Shown one piece after another: positions 47,789 through 55,434 of a stretch of DNA of 64,000 bases (the stretch's first letter is position 1; each line of letters starts with the position of its first letter). The position numbers and the translations under genes were made by a program. The notes beneath the pieces were generated by a model that had not been told where the DNA came from, did no database searches, and saw only the letters and a program-made list of their open reading frames with translations. The stretch comes from an uncultured Pseudomonadota bacterium. GTDB lineage: Bacteria; Myxococcota_A; UBA796; SXON01. The stretch covers positions 95,125 to 159,124 of the forward strand of contig CAIUMM010000075.1 in assembly GCA_903900265.1 (NCBI GenBank), written 5' to 3'.

Positions 47789-48414
47789 CTACGAAATTCC
47801 AACGTCAGCGCGGCTTCGGGCAGCGCGATCACCGTGACGATCGTGCCGGTCTCGAGCGTGCCTTGTGCGCGGTGTACGACCAGCGCGCCGCGGATGCCGA
47901 GTGTTGCGCTGGCCGCGTCGTCGGCGCCGCCGAACCGGTAGCCGGCGCCAAGGCCGACGCGCGCTCCGATGCCGCTGACGCGGGCACGAATCTCGCCGGC
48001 AGCTTCGTCCGCGCTCGCCTGATCCTCTTCGGTGTAGGCCTCCGACGTGTCGACGGCGTTGGGTAAGATCCCGTAAGCGCCTACCTGTCCGTAGAGATCG
48101 ACGTGGCCTGCACCCGCTTCCGCTTCGGGCAGGTAGCGGCGGTAGTCGATCCCGAGGCGCGTCGCGCCGATCGCGTCTTTGGAGGACGTGTCCGAGTAGG
48201 TCACCGTGGAGAACCGCACCAGCGACACGTCGGCCAGCACGGCGTTGTGCGCGTCATACCAGCCGCCGTACATGGTCAGCGGTGGGCGCAGCACCCCGTC
48301 AAACTCCCCCGCGAGGGTGCCAGACAGCTGATCGGCGTCTTGCCACGCGAGCGCGCCGATCCCGGCGGGGTTGAACCCGAGGCCCAGCATGACGTGCCAG
48401 ATCGCGGGGTTCAT
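47785..48414 (-). CDS. Hypothetical protein (possible small beta-barrel)
   Basis: 209 aa with alternating hydrophobic beta-like segments and no clear signal peptide. 4-nt overlaps with both neighbours support it as coding. Confidence 0.5.
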   Translation of the reverse strand: MNPAIWHVMLGLGFNPAGIGALAWQDADQLSGTLAGEFDGVLRPPLTMYGGWYDAHNAVLADVSLVRFSTVTYSDTSSKDAIGATRLGIDYRRYLPEAEAGAGHVDLYGQVGAYGILPNAVDTSEAYTEEDQASADEAAGEIRARVSGIGARVGLGAGYRFGGADDAASATLGIRGALVVHRAQGTLETGTIVTVIALPEAALTLEFRR

Positions 48415-49772
48415 TGTGCGCCAAGTCGGGTGAGGCCGGCGCTGGCGGCGGGATGCCCGGGCTTGACGTTCAAGGCCTGACGGTAGGCGTCCACGGCGAG
48501 CGTGCTTTGGCCGATGGCTTCATAGGCCTCCCCGAGCTCGGTCCACGCGCCGTAGTGCTTGGCCATTAGCGTGGTTGCGTTCCGCAGCGGGCGGATCGCG
48601 ATGTCGGGGCGTTTTAGCGTCAACGCCGCCTCGCCCAGACCCAGCCACGCATAGCCGTTGCAGGAGTCCATCGAAAGCGCGGCCCGGTACTTCTGCACCG
48701 CGCCGTCGCCGTCTTTCGCCATCCGAAGGTCGTCCCCGGCCATCACCTGCTTGCGGGCCTCTCCGCGCAGCGCCTCCATCGGGGCCTCACAGGCGCTGGG
48801 CGGATCACGGGGCAGGCCGTCGGTCAGCTGGGCGATCGCCGCAGGTTTTACGGCGGGGGGCTGCCAAGGCGCGGGCGCGATCGGCGGCTCGGCTACCGGA
48901 GCGGACCATGCGGGCTCGGACGGCGCCTCCGCTACGGGGGCTCTCGGCTGGACCGTAGAGGGATCCCCGCCGCGACGAAGCTCGGCGAGGATGTCCTCGT
49001 CATCGAGGTCGTCGAAGAGGATGCTCGCCTTGGGCTTGGCCGGCGCGGGCTTGGGGGCCGAGACGGTCGCGACAGGCGGCGCTGCAGGGCTCGCTACGGG
49101 CTCCGCGCCCCATACGGACTCCGCGGGACCCATCGGGGGCGTGGATTGTGACATCACCGGCGGGGGAGGCGCGGATTCGGGTCGGGCCAGCTCCACGGCG
49201 ATGGGCTTGCCCGCGACCACGATGGTGAGCCCGGTCGGAGACTGCGGGGCGGGTGCGCTGTACGCGGACACCGGCGGGGGCGAGGCGATCCGCGGCGCGC
49301 TGGTCGCCGTGCGCACGGCGCTGCCGGGTTTGGGCCCCGGTGCGGCGCGAAAAGACGCGGCGCTGGGCGGCGCGTCGGTGTCGCAGGTGGTGACGTGCCC
49401 GGTGGTGCCATCAAAACAAAGGTTGGTTGGGAGCTGGCAGCTGCGCTCAAAGCACGCCCATTGTCCGGACGACGACGGCGCGGCGTCCCCGGATGAGGGC
49501 AGCTTGGTAAAAACTGCGCTTCGGGTATCGTCAAAATAGCCGCGGCCATCGCAGGAGACGACGTACAGGCCCTCGGCGCGCCAGCCGGTCGAGACGCTGC
49601 TGATCTGCGTGGCGTCGCCTGCCACATAGATCTCGGTGGCGCAGGTGGACATGCCCGAGGCGCGACAGCAGTCGAGACATTCGCTGGCGTTGCTTGAACC
49701 CGCGCTCGCGAACGCGATCATCCGGGGCAGCGCCACAGTCAGAAACAGGGACAGGACTTGGGACAACACCAT
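48411..49772 (-). CDS. Secreted protein: Cys-rich N-domain, Pro/Ala-rich linker, C-terminal TPR repeats
   Basis: Hydrophobic N-terminus, about 12 Cys in the first 150 aa, a long P/A-rich region, and TPR-like repeats (..YRAALSMDSCNGYAWLGLGEAAL..; ..YGAWTELGEAYEAIGQSTLAVDAYRQALNVKPGH..). Confidence 0.7.
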   Translation of the reverse strand: MVLSQVLSLFLTVALPRMIAFASAGSSNASECLDCCRASGMSTCATEIYVAGDATQISSVSTGWRAEGLYVVSCDGRGYFDDTRSAVFTKLPSSGDAAPSSSGQWACFERSCQLPTNLCFDGTTGHVTTCDTDAPPSAASFRAAPGPKPGSAVRTATSAPRIASPPPVSAYSAPAPQSPTGLTIVVAGKPIAVELARPESAPPPPVMSQSTPPMGPAESVWGAEPVASPAAPPVATVSAPKPAPAKPKASILFDDLDDEDILAELRRGGDPSTVQPRAPVAEAPSEPAWSAPVAEPPIAPAPWQPPAVKPAAIAQLTDGLPRDPPSACEAPMEALRGEARKQVMAGDDLRMAKDGDGAVQKYRAALSMDSCNGYAWLGLGEAALTLKRPDIAIRPLRNATTLMAKHYGAWTELGEAYEAIGQSTLAVDAYRQALNVKPGHPAASAGLTRLGAQ

Positions 49773-49781
49773 ACGTTCAAC

Positions 49782-50939
49782 CTACTCCAGAACCGGGTCG
49801 CACGTCGCCGGTCCGTCTGTCGACTTCCACGATCCCGTGAGCACGGTGACCATCCCGCTGCTTGGGCACGTCACGCTCGCGACGGGGCAGTGCGTGGTGC
49901 CGCACCCGTCGTCGTTGCTGGCCAGCGCTTGCCAGCTAAAACAAGGGTTGTCCGAGCCTTCGCACACGCGCAGGATGGGATCGCCCACGCACGCGTCGGT
50001 GCAGCCATCGGTGCAGCCCACATCCACCGGCGCGCCGGGCGTACACGCGTAGTTTCCGGCGAAGGTCCAGCCGCAGTCGCGGCCTTCGTTGTCCGAGCGG
50101 GTCGCGCACGCTTCGGTGACCGCGGGCAGGTCTTGTGCCTCGACGACGGTGTAGCTGGCGTCGGCGGTGTTGTTGGTGTAGTCGAGCTCGGGCAGCACGC
50201 TGTTGACGTTGACGGCGGCGTGCACGGTGTAGGTGCCTGCAGGGACGTCGGTGATGTCGATCCACTGGCAGTCGAGGTAGCTGTCGTAGGTGTCGGCCCA
50301 ACCGGCGGAGATGCCCTGACGGTCGCAGGTGTAGCGGGGGCGGGGATGCGCGTCGTCGGACCAAGGCTCAAAGTCCAGCAGGCAGAACGCTTGCTTGTGC
50401 CCTTGCGCGACCTCTTGCGCGGCGTCATTGAGCAGCTGGTACTTTGCGTAGCCGTCAAAGTGGAAGTGGTCGTGGCACTCGGAGTAATGAAACAGCGGGT
50501 TTCCGGTGGGGTCCCCAAAACGAAGGTCCGCCGTTCCATAGTTCGGGGTCGTCAGGTCAAAGCGCAGCAGCCGTCGCCACCCCCCGGTCAGGATGCATCC
50601 CTCGGCGATCGCGCAGTCATCCTCCGCAAAGTACTTCCATTCTTCCACCAGCGATTGCTCAAGGCGCGGTTGGTCCGCGGCGAGGTCGGGCAGCGGGCAA
50701 GCGTCCCCGATGATCGCGGTGCAGACCGGGGTGTTCTCTGCCTCACAGCATTCGGTGCAGCACGCGGTGCCTTCGACGCAATGATCCTCGGCAGGGTCGC
50801 AGGCCGCGCCCTCGGCGAGCGGGGTAGCGGCTTTCGCCACGGGCGCGACGCTGTCATCGGCGGCGGGCGGGTCACAGGCGACCAGCGCAAACGCGCAGAG
50901 CAGCAGAGGCGCGAAGAGCGGGGAGGTGGAGGAGGTCAT
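49782..50939 (-). CDS. Lysyl oxidase-like copper amine oxidase (lipoprotein) with Cys-rich C-terminal extension
   Basis: Lipobox LVAC. ..[20 protein letters not shown].. matches animal LOX [20 protein letters not shown]. ..[10 protein letters not shown].. matches GHKASFCLED. ..[26 protein letters not shown]...PELDYTNN matches ..[24 protein letters not shown]...PESDYTNN. Confidence 0.85.
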   Translation of the reverse strand: [385 protein letters not shown]

Positions 50940-51017
50940 CAGGGAAACCGGGAGGCCGCTACCATAGCGCGGTCTGCGCCGGTTCGGTGCGGTTGTTGAG
51001 GCTGGCGTGGCGCGCCC

Positions 51018-53375
51018 CTACCGGACGATGACCGTGTAGACCCGCTCGATGGGGCTCTGGATGCGGACGTGAAGCCCGTTGACGTCAAAACTGCCGTTCG
51101 ATGTGCTGAAGGCCGTGCTCCCTGGACCGGTGCAGGTGCCGGAGACCTCGTAGACGGTACCATCGGCTTCGGTGAAGCTGTAGTTGGCGTCGACGGATCC
51201 GGAGCCGAAGATGGTGACAGTGCGTGCGGTGTCGACCTCATCGCGGGTGACGAGCCCCGGCAACGGACCGTCGCGTAAGGTGTCCGGGGCGTCGGTGTAC
51301 ATCGGGATGATCGCGCCGCGGGGCGCGAACACGGCGATGCTGTCGAGCGGCACATCGTAGCGACCGCTCTCGGCGGCAGCCCCGGTCCAGTAGTCAAACC
51401 ACGCGGCACCGGCGGGCAGATCCACCTGTCTTTCAAGCGCGCCTTGTTCGACCACCGGAGCGACGAACAAGTCGCCCAAGAGCCACGCATCCATGCGATC
51501 CCAGGGCTCCTCCGGGTATTTCAGGAACGGCGCGAGCACGAGCGGCGTGCCGCTGCGCTGCGCCTCGAAGGCCAATCCACGCAAATACGGAGCGAGCTGC
51601 CCGTGAAAGCGAGCCCAGCGGGCGTAGAACGCGAGGGTCTCTTCATCGCTGTCGAACTGCCAGTCGTCGGACTTGAACGCGCCATGATGGGTGCGCATGA
51701 TCGGCGTGAACGCTCCAAGCGTGCACCAGCGCCACCAGAGCTCCTTGGTCGATGGCGCGTTGCCGATGGACTGGTACCCGCCGATGTCGTGGGTGTACAT
51801 CGGCACGCCGGCGATGCCTGCGCCGATGCCCATCGGCAGCACCGTTGGCAGGCCGTCGTCGGTGTCGAAGCTGGTGCGTTGGTCGCCGGCCCAAGCGACC
51901 GGCGAGAGCGTCGGAGATCCTGTCCAGCCCGAGCGCGTGAACATCACCCCTTCCGTCTCCGGGTGCGCGGCGTCGGGATCGGTGTGGTTGAGCACGGCGG
52001 CGTTCGTCTCTTGCCACCACAGCGGGTAGTCGTTGTGCAGGTCGAGCGCGTTGCCCTCGGCGATGTTGGCGTCGGTCGGGAACCACTCGGCAAAATCGGC
52101 CATCCAGCCGGTGAAGCCGAGGTCGACCGCCGCTTGCATCTTGCTCTCTGCCCAAGCCCGGGCGTCATCGCGGGTGAGATCCAGCACGCTGGTGGTCTCG
52201 AATGTGACCCCGGTGAACGTGTACGGCGTGCCGTCATCTTTGCGAATTGCAAAGGACGAAGCTTCATCCCATGCTGGAGTGCCCTCGACGAGAAAGGGCT
52301 GAAAGTAGGCGAACCAAGAGTAGCCTTGGGCGGTCAGATCGGCCGCGATGCCCGCGGCGTCCGGATAAAGCAACTCGTCGACTTCCCAGTTTGGAAGCAG
52401 GTGATAGCCGTACGCGCCGTCTACGCCTCCCTTCCAGTCTTCGGTCCACAGCACGCCGCTGGTCGCTCCGGCCTCGCGCAGCTCACTGGCGACCGTGCGC
52501 ACGCGCTCTTCGCCGCCGACGGCGTCGTTCCAGGGCGCAAACGCCCACTCGGGCGGGATCACCGGCGTCCCCGAGCGTAGGGCGTGCTGCTGTACGGCTT
52601 CCAACGGGGACTTCACGTCGTAGAACAGCACCTCTGCTGCTTGGTTCCACACGCTCACCGTCCAGCGATCGGCGGTGCAGAGGTCCACCTCGACCCGGCT
52701 GGAGGTCACGATCTCAACGCCCAACGGATCGGGAAGGATGAAGAAGGGATCGGGGTAGCTGCTCGCGTGGCGCGTGCCGGTCAGGAACCAGTCGTCGTCC
52801 TGTGCTTCGGTGGTCTCTTTGCCGATCCCCGGCTCGCTCACCCACAGCGGAAAGGCCTGTCCGACGTGGTCTACGTCCTGCGCGTGCTGGCCGAAGCCGG
52901 CGAAGTGGTCATCGCCGTGACAGGGCACCGAGAATCGAACGCGATTCACGGCGTCGTCGCTGGCGGTGACGGCGATCGCGAGGCGTCCCGCCGCTTGTTC
53001 CGCGATCGACACCTGCCCGTAGGCGTCCCCCGCTTCGTCCTTGAGCTCCCACACATAGGCAGGATCTTTTCCGGTAGGGTGCCCGGTCGCGGAGACCGAC
53101 TTCCATTCGACGGTTTCATCGGAGAATCGATAGGCTCCGCTTTGGAAAGCGACGTCGGCGCTGCCGATTCCGATCTCGATTTTCAGGCCGTCTACCAGCC
53201 TGCTGCCATCGTCGCGGGTCACGGTCAGGCTCCCGCCGTCGGGGTCCAAGGTCCATGGGCCGATGTCGCGCGCGGGGGCGCATCCTGCGAGCGTGGTCCC
53301 GCTCAACAGCAGGATCGCGAGGTTCCGGGGCTGGGCGGCGGCGAGATGGCGGACTCGTCTGGGGAGGTTGCGCAT
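51018..53375 (-). CDS. Glycoside hydrolase family 31 (alpha-glucosidase/xylosidase-like)
   Basis: ..LWTEDWKGG.., nucleophile region ..FTGWMADFAEW.. and acid/base region ..MYTHDIGGYQ.. N-terminal lipoprotein-like signal (LAGC). Confidence 0.9.
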   Translation of the reverse strand: MRNLPRRVRHLAAAQPRNLAILLLSGTTLAGCAPARDIGPWTLDPDGGSLTVTRDDGSRLVDGLKIEIGIGSADVAFQSGAYRFSDETVEWKSVSATGHPTGKDPAYVWELKDEAGDAYGQVSIAEQAAGRLAIAVTASDDAVNRVRFSVPCHGDDHFAGFGQHAQDVDHVGQAFPLWVSEPGIGKETTEAQDDDWFLTGTRHASSYPDPFFILPDPLGVEIVTSSRVEVDLCTADRWTVSVWNQAAEVLFYDVKSPLEAVQQHALRSGTPVIPPEWAFAPWNDAVGGEERVRTVASELREAGATSGVLWTEDWKGGVDGAYGYHLLPNWEVDELLYPDAAGIAADLTAQGYSWFAYFQPFLVEGTPAWDEASSFAIRKDDGTPYTFTGVTFETTSVLDLTRDDARAWAESKMQAAVDLGFTGWMADFAEWFPTDANIAEGNALDLHNDYPLWWQETNAAVLNHTDPDAAHPETEGVMFTRSGWTGSPTLSPVAWAGDQRTSFDTDDGLPTVLPMGIGAGIAGVPMYTHDIGGYQSIGNAPSTKELWWRWCTLGAFTPIMRTHHGAFKSDDWQFDSDEETLAFYARWARFHGQLAPYLRGLAFEAQRSGTPLVLAPFLKYPEEPWDRMDAWLLGDLFVAPVVEQGALERQVDLPAGAAWFDYWTGAAAESGRYDVPLDSIAVFAPRGAIIPMYTDAPDTLRDGPLPGLVTRDEVDTARTVTIFGSGSVDANYSFTEADGTVYEVSGTCTGPGSTAFSTSNGSFDVNGLHVRIQSPIERVYTVIVR

Positions 53376-53418
53376 GTCGTGACCTATCCGGGCGCTGCGC
53401 CAACGGTTAGATCGGGAA

Positions 53419-53877
53419 ATGTCCGAAGCGATCGACCCTGAGGCCCGAGCCGTGCTGGCCGCAAATGACGCGTTTTATTGGGCGTTTGTAGCGGGAGACT
53501 CGCTGCGCATGGACTTGATGTGGGCGGGACATCCCGGCGATACCTGCATCCACCCCGGAGCGGAAGCGTTGGTCGGGCCGATGAACGTGCAAAATTCGTG
53601 GCGGCGCATGTTCGCTTCGGGCGAACGCTTGTCCATCCGCGTGACCGACGTCCGTGTCGACGTGTACGGGGAGATCGGCCGGGTCACCCTCGTAGAGAAT
53701 GTCAGCGCGCGAGGGGAGCATCGCCTCGTGGCGCGGGTCGCGTGCACGAACTTGTTCCTACGCACCGACGATGGCTGGCGGCTGACCCTGCACCACGGAT
53801 CGATCATCGCCGATGACGATGATGAAGATGACGACGACGATCTGGAGCCCGATCCGGACTCCAGCGAGTTCAACTAA
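53419..53877 (+). CDS. SnoaL/NTF2-like (DUF4440-type) protein with poly-acidic tail
   Basis: ..ANDAFYWAFVAGDSLRMDLMW....CIHPG...GPMNVQNSWRRMF... and ..NLFLRTDDGWRLTLHHGS.. The C-terminus is DDDDEDDDDDLEPDPD. Confidence 0.8.
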   Translation: MSEAIDPEARAVLAANDAFYWAFVAGDSLRMDLMWAGHPGDTCIHPGAEALVGPMNVQNSWRRMFASGERLSIRVTDVRVDVYGEIGRVTLVENVSARGEHRLVARVACTNLFLRTDDGWRLTLHHGSIIADDDDEDDDDDLEPDPDSSEFN

Positions 53878-53894
53878 GAAATCCCACGGGCTAT

Positions 53895-55397
53895 GTGAAG
53901 CGCATGAACATCGTTCTCTCTCTCGTTTCGGGCCTGGCCCTTGGCGTCTACGCTCCGAGCGCGCTCGCCGCGGAGCCTGCAGCCGGCAGCCTCGCGCCGT
54001 CCTTGTCCTGCGGCGACCTGCTGGGCATGGCGCAGTCCGCGACCGTGGGGCAGGTCGTCGACGCGATCCGCGGCTCAGCTCCCGGATACTCCCCCGCAGA
54101 CGTCGCCTGTTTGCAGCAAGGGGGCGCGCCTCCCGAGGTGGTCGCGGCGGTTCGAGGCCGCTTGGGTCTGCCTGCCGAAGCGGGACCGCGCGGCGGCGAG
54201 GGGCGTGCCCAGCGCTCCGGCGGTCGGGGTCAGCGCCCCGAAGGCGCTCACGGTCAGCGGGGCGGGGACGATCGCGGGCAGCAATCCGGGAGCGAGCCTT
54301 GGAAGTTCGGCGGCGATTTTCAAACCAACTTTGTCGCTGAGCACCTCGAGCGCGGCGGGGACCCTGCGTTTGCGGCAAACCCGCCGCGGCCCACGTTCAC
54401 CGTCGCCCACTTGCGCCCCCGCGTTGACTTTGAGGCCACCGACTGGCTCTCCTTGCGCGCCGCGATGGAATTCGCCGCGATCCCCGACAGTCCGCCGGTG
54501 GATCCGGAGATCCTCGGTGACACCCTCGCTGTCGCCGGATCGGACGAGAGCATCCTCGACCCGTTTGTGGACGAGATGTTCCTCCGCTTGCACGCCGGCA
54601 AGAATCTACGCACCACCTTGCGCATGGGCGTGCTCCACACCCCCTTCGGCCTCCGCGACGCCTACGACCAATACGACGCGTTCTTCCTCGGTGGTCAGCT
54701 GGCGTACATGGAGCCCGAGCGTCGCTTCGGGGTCTCGCCCGGCATCGACCTCGGCGTAGGCTGGCGTCTGGCGTGGAAGGACATGGCCGCGCTGGACCTG
54801 CAGCTGATCAACGGCTCGGGCGTCACCCGGCTGGACTCGACGTCGTCGAAGGACATCGTCGCGCGCGTCACGCTCGCGCCGGTCTCGATGGTCGAGGTGC
54901 GCGGGTCCGTCATGCACGCCGGCACCAAGGATGACGGCCACACCCACGGCGCGTTCTCGGTGGAGCTGAACGCGAAGAGCCTGTTGCCGTCGGTCGCGCC
55001 GCGCATCGTCGCCGAGGGCGTGATGAGCCGGGTCAGCGCCGGTGGCTACGACACCGATCGCCTCGCTTGGCTCGTCGCCGCAGCCGCCGATGTGCCGGTG
55101 CAGACGCGCCTGACCGATCACGTCTCGGTGATCGCGAGCTTGTCGGGTTTTGACCCTGACTTTGTGGCCAGCTCGGTCGACGTCGCGCCGGTGTACGACC
55201 AGAATTGGTACATCGACGCCGGCGCCAACCTCTACTGGAACACCGAGGGCCCGCAGCGTGGGGGCGGCGAGGGCGGCAAGCAGCGCGGCCGCGGCGTGAC
55301 CGCGTTCACTGGCTTGACCTTCGAGCAGATGATCCCCGAAAACGCCGATCTGCCCGTCTCCAACAGCATCACCGTGCATTGCGGGCTGTCTCGCTGA
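53895..55397 (+). CDS. Outer-membrane porin-like protein (tentative)
   Basis: Signal peptide ..PSALA/AE, a small N-terminal domain, a G/R/Q-rich linker, then ~370 aa of beta-barrel-like alternating sequence. Phosphate-porin-like similarity is only impressionistic. Confidence 0.55.
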   Translation: MKRMNIVLSLVSGLALGVYAPSALAAEPAAGSLAPSLSCGDLLGMAQSATVGQVVDAIRGSAPGYSPADVACLQQGGAPPEVVAAVRGRLGLPAEAGPRGGEGRAQRSGGRGQRPEGAHGQRGGDDRGQQSGSEPWKFGGDFQTNFVAEHLERGGDPAFAANPPRPTFTVAHLRPRVDFEATDWLSLRAAMEFAAIPDSPPVDPEILGDTLAVAGSDESILDPFVDEMFLRLHAGKNLRTTLRMGVLHTPFGLRDAYDQYDAFFLGGQLAYMEPERRFGVSPGIDLGVGWRLAWKDMAALDLQLINGSGVTRLDSTSSKDIVARVTLAPVSMVEVRGSVMHAGTKDDGHTHGAFSVELNAKSLLPSVAPRIVAEGVMSRVSAGGYDTDRLAWLVAAAADVPVQTRLTDHVSVIASLSGFDPDFVASSVDVAPVYDQNWYIDAGANLYWNTEGPQRGGGEGGKQRGRGVTAFTGLTFEQMIPENADLPVSNSITVHCGLSR

Positions 55398-55406
55398 TGG
55401 AACGCG

Positions 55407-55434
55407 GCGGCGGGCGGAGGTTCAGGCCCGCCGC
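55407..55434. terminator. GC-rich hairpin between convergent genes (possible bidirectional terminator)
   Basis: A perfect 9-bp stem, gcggcgggc (55407-55415) with gcccgccgc (55426-55434), and a 10-nt loop containing the uvrA-like stop. No U-tract. Confidence 0.3.
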
